Origin: Candidatus Auribacterota bacterium
GTDB taxonomy: Bacteria > Auribacterota > JAFGBW01 > JAFGJP01
Assembly: GCA_023144635.1 (NCBI GenBank)
Contig: JAGLFH010000036.1
Span: 2,645-66,644 of the forward strand
Reading direction: 5' to 3'
Length of the DNA: 64,000 nt
In this document: positions 47,300-56,693 of the stretch, piece by piece
Position numbering within the stretch: position 1 is the first letter of the stretch
How the letters are laid out: every line of letters starts with the position of its first letter
The notes under the pieces: generated by a model
The model's input: the letters and a program-made list of their open reading frames with translations, nothing else
Told to the model about the DNA's origin: nothing
Databases searched by the model: none
Program-made: the position numbers and the translations under genes

Positions 47300-49063
47300 T
47301 TATATTACTTTTGCGTTTTTTAGTAAAAACATTTTTAACCCATTTACAATACTTGTCGCAATATGCCCCTGGAACTCTTCCTTTTTCAAAAGCATTTCAT
47401 GTTCTGGTACTATTATATATGCAGCTTCTATAAGTATTGAAGGCAAAAATGGATTCCTTAGAACTGCGAAATTACCGAAATGAACTCCTCTGTCAACAAA
47501 CCCTGTTGCAGAAACAAGCTCATTATGAACAAATTCAGCTAATATCTCTGATGAAGGAGTATAAAAATATGTCTCGGTCCCAAAAACATCATATGGATTT
47601 ACACTGTTTGAAACAGAGTTGTTATGTATACTTACAAAAATCCTGCTTTTTTTGCTGTTTGCAAAATTAACTCTTTCACGAAGACTTGCTTCATCTTTTT
47701 TGACTTTACGGGTCATAACTACTTTGGCACCATTTTTCTTGAGTATTTTACTTATTTTTGAGGCAATATCCCAATTTATGTCTTTTTCTTTTAATCTTGT
47801 CGGCCCTACTGCACCTGCACCAGGATTATGCCCTGCATCAATACATATGACCATATTTTTAAAAGGGGTCTCCTTTTTAATAACCGGTGGACGCTTTATA
47901 CTAAGTATCATCTTATTTTTTTCAAATAAGATATCCCATCCCCATATAGGCTGAAACGGCAGGATAACATCCATTTTCAACACATCCTGATCTATCTGCT
48001 GAAAAGATATGTTTTTTATATCTTTATAATGCTCATTTTGAACCTTGTCAATATTAGCGTGGGCAGAAAAAAAGGTGATTGAAAGAGTAGAATCACTAAT
48101 TTTCTCTTCAACAAGATACGGAACAGCCCTAGTACATGCTGAAATGATTTTTATATCATCTTTATCCTGCAAAACTTTTACATTACCTATTCGTGCATCC
48201 TGCAGCATACCGGTTTTTTCAACCTTTGTAATATCCTTTTTATTGACATAGACATTCTCTTTATCCGATAGATCAAGTTTTATATATGGACCTATTATGC
48301 CGGATGCTTTTAAACGAATCCCTTTATAAAGAAGAAGCCTGTAGCCACCATCAGGATAATTTCTTGCTTTCACATAATTTTCTTTTACTTCATAGTTATC
48401 ATCAAACAAAAAATTCTTTATCAAAATCGTATTAGGGCACTCTTTAATAGCAATTCTGTTTTGTTTATCAAATAGTTCAAAAATTATCTCTTTTGGCTTT
48501 TGGAACTCTTCTTTGAATGTATAGATTCCTTCATAAACGCCTAAATACCCCTTATACTCTATTTCTTTCATTTCAAAACGCATTTCTTCTTCTTTAAATC
48601 TGAAAAAAGCAGACTTTCCCGGTGTTCCCATAAAACGCATAATGACTTTCACCCCAGGATTAAGCACCATAGAAGTACTTGGTTCCATAAAAACACTTCT
48701 TATTTCTTTTGAATCAGGTAAAGAGCTTTTCAATTTACCCGATATTTTTACTGTTCGCTTATTTTCAAAAACATTCCCATTCAGCTCTGAACGTACCTGA
48801 AAAGTAAATGTTCCCTTTTCAACCGGAACAAACGAAAGAAAAGCACCATTTGAATGAACTTTTACATCAATTCCATTAACTGTGACCGTGCTTCCAGGCT
48901 TAGTGTTTCCAAAAATAAATGAATGACTAATAAAAGGAAAAGACTGATTTTCAACAGGAAAAACTATGTCAGGATATTTACTACTCTCAGCAGCAGTTAA
49001 ATAGCATTCAAATAAAAACAAAAAAATAAGAATAAAAAGAGACAGCTTTTTTGTCATAGCCAA
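47300..49063 (-). CDS. Secreted N-acetylmuramoyl-L-alanine amidase (Amidase_3 catalytic domain at the C-terminus, N-terminal beta domains)
   Basis: Signal peptide. VICIDAGHNPGAGAVGP...SIHNNS...ETYFYTP. Confidence 0.8.
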   Translation of the reverse strand: MAMTKKLSLFILIFLFLFECYLTAAESSKYPDIVFPVENQSFPFISHSFIFGNTKPGSTVTVNGIDVKVHSNGAFLSFVPVEKGTFTFQVRSELNGNVFENKRTVKISGKLKSSLPDSKEIRSVFMEPSTSMVLNPGVKVIMRFMGTPGKSAFFRFKEEEMRFEMKEIEYKGYLGVYEGIYTFKEEFQKPKEIIFELFDKQNRIAIKECPNTILIKNFLFDDNYEVKENYVKARNYPDGGYRLLLYKGIRLKASGIIGPYIKLDLSDKENVYVNKKDITKVEKTGMLQDARIGNVKVLQDKDDIKIISACTRAVPYLVEEKISDSTLSITFFSAHANIDKVQNEHYKDIKNISFQQIDQDVLKMDVILPFQPIWGWDILFEKNKMILSIKRPPVIKKETPFKNMVICIDAGHNPGAGAVGPTRLKEKDINWDIASKISKILKKNGAKVVMTRKVKKDEASLRERVNFANSKKSRIFVSIHNNSVSNSVNPYDVFGTETYFYTPSSEILAEFVHNELVSATGFVDRGVHFGNFAVLRNPFLPSILIEAAYIIVPEHEMLLKKEEFQGHIATSIVNGLKMFLLKNAKVI

Positions 49064-49635
49064 TTATAATCACATAAGTTAAGTGCGTCAAGAGACAGAA
49101 AGAATAAAAATAAAAATTTTAAATTACAAATGTGGAACCCTGCGGCCTTACACCCGTAACTTTATGCGGATGCGGGTAAAATTTAAGGAACGCTAAGAAA
49201 CATAGAAAAGCATGACCTTCATTCCACTCCCGGAGTGAAATGAAGCGGGATATGGTCAATCTAGCAGCATGACACAGATGTAAAAAACAGCAAAAAATTC
49301 AAAAGTATCCCCAAAATTATGCCGATATAAATAATAGAGGTGTTTAAGGATAATTTAGCTGGTATCCGGCATTTCCGGCTCATTCTATGATTATTCATTA
49401 TAGTCTGGAGTTATGGGTGTTATAGATACCAATAATAATTAAAGCAGGACTTTGTTAAATAGTAAAAAAGAAAAAAGATCAGAAAATAACACGGATTATA
49501 CACAGGACGAACAAACAAGCACCACTAGTAAAATATTTGATTAATACAATATTTTTTTGTTAAAAAAAACAGTTCTTTGCCGATATATAATAAAGCTGCC
49601 CCAAAATACTCTCATCCAGTGTTTTGATAATCCTG

Positions 49636-49668
49636 CCGATAAAGAGCCGGGTGGGTAGCCCGGCTTTT
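49636..49668 (+). terminator. Rho-independent terminator on the + strand inside a 650-bp divergent intergenic region
   Basis: GAGCCGGGtgggtaGCCCGGCTTTTTATTA. A TATAAT sits about 45 nt upstream at 49586-49591. Confidence 0.5.
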
Positions 49669-49714
49669 TATTATACTAATGGCTTTTACAAATTAATTAG
49701 CTTAGGATTAATTC

Positions 49715-50338
49715 ATGCAGCAGGAAGATCTTAAAGAAAAAGAAAAATATGAATCTGTGTGGAAACATGATGAATACAGGCATTTTTCACCCGGAGAACG
49801 TGCAATAGATAAATTTGGACTTATTGATCTTCTTAGGAAAAGCCAAGTAAAAACTATTTTAGATGCTGGATGCGGCTCAGGAAAACTCATGCAGAAGATT
49901 CTCGAAGAATGTGGAAGTGAATTTACTGTTCACGGGTTTGATATTGCAGATAACTGCCTTGATCCATATTTCAATAATATAAAAGATGATATACTCACGT
50001 TAGGTGTTCTATGGAATCCTGATGATTTTAATAAAAAGTACGATGCCATAATTTGTACAGATGTTTTAGAACATATTCCAACAAATAAAATTTCTCAAGT
50101 TCTCAATAATCTTTTTAGATGCACCAATACTTTTTGTTATCTCGCAATAGCCTTATTTCAAGATGGATTCGGTCCTGAAATTTTGGGTGAATCATTACAT
50201 CTTACTGTTAAAGAACCTGCATGGTGGCTGGAACAAATAAAAAATGCCGGGTTCAAAGAAATACATCCTTTAACTGAAAAGCACACAAGTGGTGCTGATG
50301 TCTGGCTGCATGTATTCCTTTTAAAGACGAGAGAATAG
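49715..50338 (+). CDS. Class I SAM-dependent methyltransferase
   Basis: Motif I ILDAGCGSGKL. Acidic post-I residue. Length 207 aa. Confidence 0.8.
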   Translation: MQQEDLKEKEKYESVWKHDEYRHFSPGERAIDKFGLIDLLRKSQVKTILDAGCGSGKLMQKILEECGSEFTVHGFDIADNCLDPYFNNIKDDILTLGVLWNPDDFNKKYDAIICTDVLEHIPTNKISQVLNNLFRCTNTFCYLAIALFQDGFGPEILGESLHLTVKEPAWWLEQIKNAGFKEIHPLTEKHTSGADVWLHVFLLKTRE

Positions 50339-50346
50339 AAGATTTC

Positions 50347-50375
50347 ACCACTGAAAAAACACGGAAGAGGACACA
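50347..50375. repeat. A-module repeat fragment
   Basis: ccactgaaaaaacacggaagaggacacag, similar to 36173, 56468 and 60784. Confidence 0.5.
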
Positions 50376-50452
50376 GATTAACGCTGATGTTTTAGATCAG
50401 AGGAGAGAAAAAAGTAAGTGGTTGCAGAAAATATAAAGTTCTTTTTTTATTT

Positions 50453-51622
50453 CTAATCTTTTTTAGCTTTAATATCAAAAACTGTTATTTCAGGTCTCGC
50501 TAAAAAACGCACCGGTGGTCCCCATGTTCCAGTCCCCCTGTTTAAATAAAAATAGGACGTGCCTACCCTATGTAAAACAGCCGGCTTTAAAGGAAAGACT
50601 AATCTTGTTATAAGACTAAATGGAAATATCTGTCCACTATGAGTATGCCCTGATAATTGAAGATCATAAAGCCCGATAGCTTCCTTATCAATAATAGGTG
50701 TATGCTTTAAAAGAACAGTAAATTTTTCTTTAGGAAGATCTTTCAAAATATCTTTTTCTGATACTTCAACTACCCCGCCATGCATTTTTCCTGCACGATC
50801 ATCAACACCTGCTATATTAAAAACACCTTTAACAGTTTTCCCTTCACCTCTTAATAGCTTAAAACCTGACATCTCAGTAAACCTTATTGCTTCCTCAAGA
50901 CCTGCATAAAACTCATGATTCCCTGTTACAGCATATTTACCATATTTAGGATTTATCTCTGCAAAAAGTTTTTCTAATCCATTTAAATACTTCATATTGC
51001 TGTCCACAAGATCTCCTGTGGAAACAAGAACATCAGGATTCTGTTCTTTAACTTTTTCTATAATAATTCTTAATCGCTTTTCGTTAACCATCATTCCTAA
51101 ATGTATATCAGATATTTGAACTATTCTTATTTCTCCATTTGCAGTATGGATCTTGGGAGAATATATCTCGACTTTATTTACTTCAATATTTTTTGCTTCA
51201 AAATATCCATAAATAATTATCAGAATAGAAAGCACGCTTGAAATATAAAAAGATATTTTTGAAGTCACAATATATAAAGCAAAACTTTTTTTGAGCATTA
51301 GACCGATCATTAGATTGATTAAATAGTATAAATCAAAAACAAGAGAAATCGAAAAAAACAAAAACAAAAAAGCCATCCAGAAAAAACCGGCATATGAAAG
51401 TAAACGTGATATACACTCTAATCCGTTTTTATCAAACATACGCGCAGCTATGGGAGAAAATGTCATAGAAACAAGAAAAAGCATTACAAAAACACGCCAT
51501 TTCATATTCATATTAAAAGCAGTTTTTGCTTTTAAATAAATATAAAGATGCATGCCGCCATAGATAACGACAAAAAGTAATATAAAAATAATCATTGAGG
51601 CTTTAAGTGAAGTGTTTTCCAT
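50453..51622 (-). CDS. Membrane-anchored calcineurin-like metallophosphoesterase
   Basis: Six N-terminal TM helices. GDLVD...GNHEF...GHTH motifs. Confidence 0.8.
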   Translation of the reverse strand: MENTSLKASMIIFILLFVVIYGGMHLYIYLKAKTAFNMNMKWRVFVMLFLVSMTFSPIAARMFDKNGLECISRLLSYAGFFWMAFLFLFFSISLVFDLYYLINLMIGLMLKKSFALYIVTSKISFYISSVLSILIIIYGYFEAKNIEVNKVEIYSPKIHTANGEIRIVQISDIHLGMMVNEKRLRIIIEKVKEQNPDVLVSTGDLVDSNMKYLNGLEKLFAEINPKYGKYAVTGNHEFYAGLEEAIRFTEMSGFKLLRGEGKTVKGVFNIAGVDDRAGKMHGGVVEVSEKDILKDLPKEKFTVLLKHTPIIDKEAIGLYDLQLSGHTHSGQIFPFSLITRLVFPLKPAVLHRVGTSYFYLNRGTGTWGPPVRFLARPEITVFDIKAKKD

Positions 51623-51665
51623 AGAGTAATAAAGATATTAGTATTTAGTTAAAGTTAAAAGAAAA

Positions 51666-51871
51666 GTTGTCATCCCGCGGTTTAACCGCGGGATCCATGC
51701 AAAATGTTTACTTTCTGCTTTTTATTTTTAACGGGGTTTGCCACGTCGTTTCGCTCCTCGCAATAACGATATTTTACGTTTTTCTTTCACACGGTTCAGG
51801 CAGGCCAGAACCCTACTCACATTTTACTTTTTTTTAATACTTTTCTACACGGGCGCAGTCAAGCGGCGCTG
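51666..51871. repeat. Composite mosaic repeat: REP-like copy 4 plus the cgtttc..aataacgatattttacg module plus a GGGCGC hairpin module
   Basis: gttGTCATCCCGCGGtttaaCCGCGGGATCC. cgtcgtttcgctcctcgcaataacgatattttacg, close to 2375-2422. cattttactttt..cgggcgcagtcaagcggcgctg, close to 53651-53691. Confidence 0.6.
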
Positions 51872-52006
51872 TATCCTATCAAAAATCCGCCAAGCTTTTT
51901 GGAGGACATACTTTTTGTTTTTCTTTGTTTCTTTTTATTCTTTGCGTCTTCGTGACTTTGTGGCTATTTCTTGCATTTCGCATCACTCACAACGCATTAC
52001 TTTTTT

Positions 52007-53515
52007 TCAGGCTCTTCCGTACTTTTTTGTCAATTCTGCAAGAAGTTTTGTTACAGATCTTGTGGTCTCATCACCTTTTAATCTCCACTTCCAATTATTT
52101 TTTATTGTTGCAGGTTTATTGATCCGGCTTTCTTCTCCTAAAGAAAGTATATCCTGAATAGGCACAATGGAAAGTTTTGCAACAGACATTAAAGACATTT
52201 TTACAAACTCTATGCTTATATCTTTAATTCCTACTTTGTATCCAAGATACTTGAAAAGTTTTTTCTTGGTTTCCTTTCCTGCATCATTTTTAAACCATCC
52301 TTTAACTGTGTTATTATCATGAGTACCAGTATAGACAACAGAGTTCTCTACATGGTTATGAGGAACATAAGGATTTGTAGCCAGATCATCTCCAAAAGCA
52401 AATTGCAGGACTTTCATTCCCGGAAGTCCAAAATAATCCATAACATCCCGAACATCCTGCGTAATAAACCCGAGATCTTCTGCAATAATAGAATTTTTAG
52501 GAAATCTTTTTAGTAATTTACTGAAAAAATCCTTTGCAGGTACTTTTATCCATTTTCCATTTAATGCTGTTCTTTTTCCTGCAGGAACTTCCCAATATGC
52601 AACAAAACCTCTAAAATGATCAATACGCACTCTATCAAAAAGATCAAAATTATGATGCATTCTCTTAAACCACCATGAATAATTTGTTTTTTTGAGTATG
52701 TTCCATTTGTATACAGGATTTCCCCAAAGCTGGCCTGTAGCGCTAAAATAATCAGGAGGCACACCGGAAAGTGCAGTCATCTTTTTTGTATTTTTATCTA
52801 GTTTAAATATTTTACTGTTAGACCATACATCAGAGCTGTCATAGTCAACATATATAGGAATATCACCTATTATGCCTATTCCTTTTTTATTACAATAATT
52901 TTTTAACTGAGCCCACTGTTTTAAAAAAACAAACTGTAATAATTTTTCTTTTTCTATTTCTTCTTTTAGCTCCAGTTTTAGTTGTTTTAAAACTGACTTC
53001 TTCCTGTCTCTTATTTCAACAGGCCACAAATTCCAACATTTATCATTAAATTTTTCTTTTAATGCCATAAAAAGAGCAAAATCATCCAGCCAAAAAGCAT
53101 GATGCAGACAAAATGATTTATAGCCTTCTCTTTTCTTTTCTCTTTTTTTGAATGTATTATAAGCTATATTTAAAAGCTGCTCTTTATACTTTACTACCAC
53201 TTTAAAATCTATTGTTCCTTTTAAAAATCTTGGTTTTTTTTGAAGGTCAGCCTGCTTTATAAAACCATCTTTAACCATTAATTCAGGACTTATAAGAAGC
53301 GTGTTCCCTGCAAATGCAGAAATACTGCTATAGGGAGAATAGCACCCTCCATGATGAGGGTGATTAAGAGGAAGTATCTGCCAAAAACTTTGTTTTGATG
53401 ATGAAAGAAAATCTGCAAATCTGTATGCAGCAGGCCCGATATCGCCTATTCCATAAGGAGATGGTAGAGACCTTACAGGTAATAATATTCCGCTAGATCT
53501 TTTCTTATCTTTCAT
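52007..53515 (-). CDS. malQ: 4-alpha-glucanotransferase (amylomaltase, GH77)
   Basis: GILLPVRSLPSPYGIGDIGPAAYRF. Length 502 aa. Confidence 0.88.
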   Translation of the reverse strand: MKDKKRSSGILLPVRSLPSPYGIGDIGPAAYRFADFLSSSKQSFWQILPLNHPHHGGCYSPYSSISAFAGNTLLISPELMVKDGFIKQADLQKKPRFLKGTIDFKVVVKYKEQLLNIAYNTFKKREKKREGYKSFCLHHAFWLDDFALFMALKEKFNDKCWNLWPVEIRDRKKSVLKQLKLELKEEIEKEKLLQFVFLKQWAQLKNYCNKKGIGIIGDIPIYVDYDSSDVWSNSKIFKLDKNTKKMTALSGVPPDYFSATGQLWGNPVYKWNILKKTNYSWWFKRMHHNFDLFDRVRIDHFRGFVAYWEVPAGKRTALNGKWIKVPAKDFFSKLLKRFPKNSIIAEDLGFITQDVRDVMDYFGLPGMKVLQFAFGDDLATNPYVPHNHVENSVVYTGTHDNNTVKGWFKNDAGKETKKKLFKYLGYKVGIKDISIEFVKMSLMSVAKLSIVPIQDILSLGEESRINKPATIKNNWKWRLKGDETTRSVTKLLAELTKKYGRA

Positions 53516-53577
53516 TTTTTCAAGTTTTTTCTGCTCGGAAACACAGGCTCCAGAATTTTGTATATTTACGTGGTTCC

Positions 53578-53691
53578 CCGCTTTCGCGAGGATGACGACT
53601 CTTTGTAACTCAAATGGTCGCCCCTATCTAAGAACCACCTTTTGAGGATTTGCATTTTACTTTTTATAACGGGCGGAGACAAGCGCCGCCC
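53578..53691. repeat. Composite mosaic repeat: degenerate REP-like copy 5 plus a GGGCGG hairpin module
   Basis: ccgctttcgcgaGGATGACGAC. gcattttactttttataacGGGCGGagacaagcGCCGCCC. Confidence 0.55.
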
Positions 53692-53815
53692 CTACATTCT
53701 TCCTATCTTTTATTCTCTCTTTTCTTTTAAAATCAGCGTCATCAGCGTTTATCTGCGTCCAATTTTATAATACCGCGCTTTAGCGCTCATTCAATTTGTC
53801 ATTTGGAATTTGCTT

Positions 53816-56242
53816 CTAATCTATCATTACACCAAGATATCTTCCGAGATTGTCAAAGACTTCAATCCACTCTTTAGCTTTGTCATCACCATTTTCAGAT
53901 TTTGTTTCTACACCGGGATAAATCTTTATCCCCATGTCAAAAAATATGTTCTGGGCTCTTGAAAGATCAAGTTTAAGAGGAAGAACTAACAATGTTTGTA
54001 AAATAAGTGTGAGCTTTGTTATAAGCATAATATCTTCGGGAGATTTTACTATTTCCTGCATAAGGCTATTTATTTTCTGGCTTGCTATATACCCTAGATC
54101 TTCTTTATCAAGCTGAAACTTCCATTTATCTATCTCTTCTGCAAGTTTCTGAAGCCCCTCTATATCATACTTATCAGCTTCTAAAAGTCGTTTAAGCTCT
54201 ATATTGAACATAAATTCTAAAGGTGCTGAGAGTGTTTTTGGAAGAGGCATATTAAGCTCTTTCATTACCTGCATTATAGGGTAATGCTCTTCATATATCC
54301 TTAAAGCAAAACCTTCGATTTCACTTGATGTTGCCTCAAGCAGTCCGTTCATTATTTTTCTTTGTTCATCTCTAAAAAGATGCCACAAAGAATAATTGTT
54401 TGATCCGAAATGTTCATGTATAAGACGGATCGTTCCAGGCATATCATTTTTCACAAAACTTTCTTTAATTGCATTCATCATTTTTTGGAATGCATCATCC
54501 TCCATATCTATCATCACACCACCATCCAAATTGTGATCTCCAAGATGCACAAAAGCAAAGCTTAACAGGCTTTCCTCCAGTGTAACTTTTGAAACAATAT
54601 GAGCTTTTCCTATAACAAGTTTTTGTTTACCTATTTCTTCTTTCTCATATATTTCTCTTTTAGCTGTGTAACAATATATATTTATATCATCCTCTATATA
54701 CTCTTCAAAAAGAGATGAAGCTCCAAAATGGGCTCCTACCCTTTGGAGATCTATAGATGATGATTTGATATATGCATTCCATATATCTTTTCCGTTTTTA
54801 AAATCTTTAACATTACTTGGGGCTTTTTCTATTATCTTAAGATATCCCTCACCCCAATCGACGCCATTAATATCTCTGGCAAGTTGTATCGCACGTGCAG
54901 CATACTGCATTATCTGAACAGTTTCAATTCCTGATATTTCATCAAAAAACCATCCGCAGCTTGTATACATAAGCTGCGCATGACGCTGCATTTCAAGAAG
55001 CTTTAATATTTTTATCTTATCTTCCGTTGATAATTCTTTTGAGATATTTTCCTTAAAGAATTTATCTATATTTGTTATGGATCTTTCAAGAATAATATTT
55101 ATATATTTATTTCTTATTCTCCAAGGATCATCTGTAAAATTTTTCATCTCCTGTTCAAATAAAGGAATCAATGCATCTCTTAAAAAATCCATTGCATTTC
55201 TTAACGGCTCTCTCCATTTTTGCGTCCAACCCTGCCCGCTTCCAATAGCACATCCACAGTCTTTTCTCCATCTGTCCACACCATGCGCACAGCTCCATGA
55301 GCTATTCTCAACAATTTCCACCTCAAATATAGGCGCTAATTTACTTAAGAATTCACCGTAAATCGTTAGCTTTCCTTTCCCGTTTGATTCTATATGGTGA
55401 AGACAGTAAGTAAGCGCCATCTCTCCAAAACGGTGATGATGGCCATATGTCTCCCCATCTGTAGCAATATGTACAAGCTGTGACTTCGGTCCATCCTTAT
55501 GAAAAAGTCCGGTAAGTCTGTCGGCAAACGTTACGCCATCTTTTAAAAGCCCGCTAAAAGCTATGTCATGAGATACCGGTCCATCATAAAAAAATACAGT
55601 TATAGTTCTTCCTGATGGTAAATTGCAAAGATACGGAAGTTTTGGATCAATACTTCCATTTGTTTTTTCCCATTTTTTCACACCTAGCTTTCTTTTTCTG
55701 AAAGCCTGATGAGGAGCAAGTATCGCAAATTTTATTCCCATTTCAGCCATAATATCAAGTGATTCAATATCTACTGCCGTCTCAGGAAGCCACATGCCTT
55801 CAGGGTGCCTTTTAAATCTGTATGCAAAATCTTCTATACCCCAAATTATCTGTGTTCTTTTATCTTTAGAATTAGCAAGCGGCATTATAATGTGATTATA
55901 AGCCTGAGCTATTGCAGAGCCATGGCCGGAGAAATTCTTCATACTTATTTTATCTGCTTCTAATATTGCCTTATATACATCCGGATCGTTCTTTTCCATC
56001 CATGAAAGAAGCGTAGGTCCAAAATTAAAACTCATCTTTGAATAATTATTAATAATATTTACTATTCTTTTTTTTGTGTCAAGAATGCGAGAAGCTGTAT
56101 TAGGGCCATAACATTCCGCTGTTATACGTGCATTCCAATCATGAAACGGGTATGCAGAATCCTGCAGTTCTACAGCCTCTAACCATGGATTCTCTCTAGG
56201 GGGTTGATAAAAGTGTCCGTGGATGCAAACATAGTTTGACAT
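53816..56242 (-). CDS. GH57-family glycoside hydrolase with a C-terminal DUF3536-like extension
   Basis: N-terminal YVCIHGHFYQPPRENPWLEAVE is typical of the long GH57 proteins. Adjacent to malQ. Confidence 0.6.
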   Translation of the reverse strand: MSNYVCIHGHFYQPPRENPWLEAVELQDSAYPFHDWNARITAECYGPNTASRILDTKKRIVNIINNYSKMSFNFGPTLLSWMEKNDPDVYKAILEADKISMKNFSGHGSAIAQAYNHIIMPLANSKDKRTQIIWGIEDFAYRFKRHPEGMWLPETAVDIESLDIMAEMGIKFAILAPHQAFRKRKLGVKKWEKTNGSIDPKLPYLCNLPSGRTITVFFYDGPVSHDIAFSGLLKDGVTFADRLTGLFHKDGPKSQLVHIATDGETYGHHHRFGEMALTYCLHHIESNGKGKLTIYGEFLSKLAPIFEVEIVENSSWSCAHGVDRWRKDCGCAIGSGQGWTQKWREPLRNAMDFLRDALIPLFEQEMKNFTDDPWRIRNKYINIILERSITNIDKFFKENISKELSTEDKIKILKLLEMQRHAQLMYTSCGWFFDEISGIETVQIMQYAARAIQLARDINGVDWGEGYLKIIEKAPSNVKDFKNGKDIWNAYIKSSSIDLQRVGAHFGASSLFEEYIEDDINIYCYTAKREIYEKEEIGKQKLVIGKAHIVSKVTLEESLLSFAFVHLGDHNLDGGVMIDMEDDAFQKMMNAIKESFVKNDMPGTIRLIHEHFGSNNYSLWHLFRDEQRKIMNGLLEATSSEIEGFALRIYEEHYPIMQVMKELNMPLPKTLSAPLEFMFNIELKRLLEADKYDIEGLQKLAEEIDKWKFQLDKEDLGYIASQKINSLMQEIVKSPEDIMLITKLTLILQTLLVLPLKLDLSRAQNIFFDMGIKIYPGVETKSENGDDKAKEWIEVFDNLGRYLGVMID

Positions 56243-56336
56243 TTGTTCCTCCCATCTATATTAAAACATCATAATTATTGTTATTACTTAAAAATTATTA
56301 TACCGCAAAATCATAAGATTATACACCTTAATAAAA

Positions 56337-56525
56337 AGTGTCTAAAGTGTACTAAAGTTTGAAGTGCCTAAAGTGAAAGGAGCACTTGCTTATAAAATCG
56401 TTGTTCGTCGTTCGTGAAGCGTGATTCGTGATTCGTGAAAGGAACGCTTTGCTTATACTATAATATTAACCACTGAAAAAACACGGATATGTATGGGAAA
56501 AGTAAAAAGATCTGTGAACCTGACA
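56337..56525. repeat. Modular intergenic repeat (B-module tandem gtgYctaaagt x3, a cgtgattcgtgattcgtg 7-mer repeat, and an A-module)
   Basis: Close to 60784-60901 but with the modules in the opposite order, and to 36056-36105. Confidence 0.6.
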
Positions 56526-56538
56526 GTATAAAAAAAGC

Positions 56539-56585
56539 ACCTGAAATGGTATTGTTTTTTGAAAAAAAACAATACCATTTCAGGT
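56539..56585 (-). terminator. Perfect 22-bp inverted-repeat terminator for the 1196-aa gene
   Basis: acctgaaatggtattgtttttt / aaaaaacaataccatttcaggt. On the minus strand the hairpin is followed by GCTTTTTTTATACTG. Confidence 0.6.
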
Positions 56586-56693
56586 TTACACCCATAAAAG
56601 TTATGGGCTAATAATTGAAAATACAGTTCTTTATGTTAGAATCTTTTTTCGAATATTTTTAAATTATCTAAAATATTAATTATTATTTTAATA

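Noticed and set aside
46896-47483. 195-aa + strand ORF overlapping the cheY-like gene and the amidase start
   Set aside because: It is antisense to two well-supported genes, and its Ser/Ile-rich composition is low-complexity.
51738-52157. 139-aa ORF on the + strand
   Set aside because: It covers an intergenic mosaic repeat region and the 3' end of malQ on the opposite strand. Its composition is low-complexity Phe/Leu/Arg.
56337-56412. CRISPR-like or sigma-54-promoter interpretation of the gtgcctaaagt tandem units and the GGAGCACTTGCTTAT motif
   Set aside because: There are only three irregular approximately 11-nt units with no spacers of CRISPR length and no cas genes. The GG-to-GC spacing is 7 nt, not the 10 nt needed for a -24/-12 promoter.
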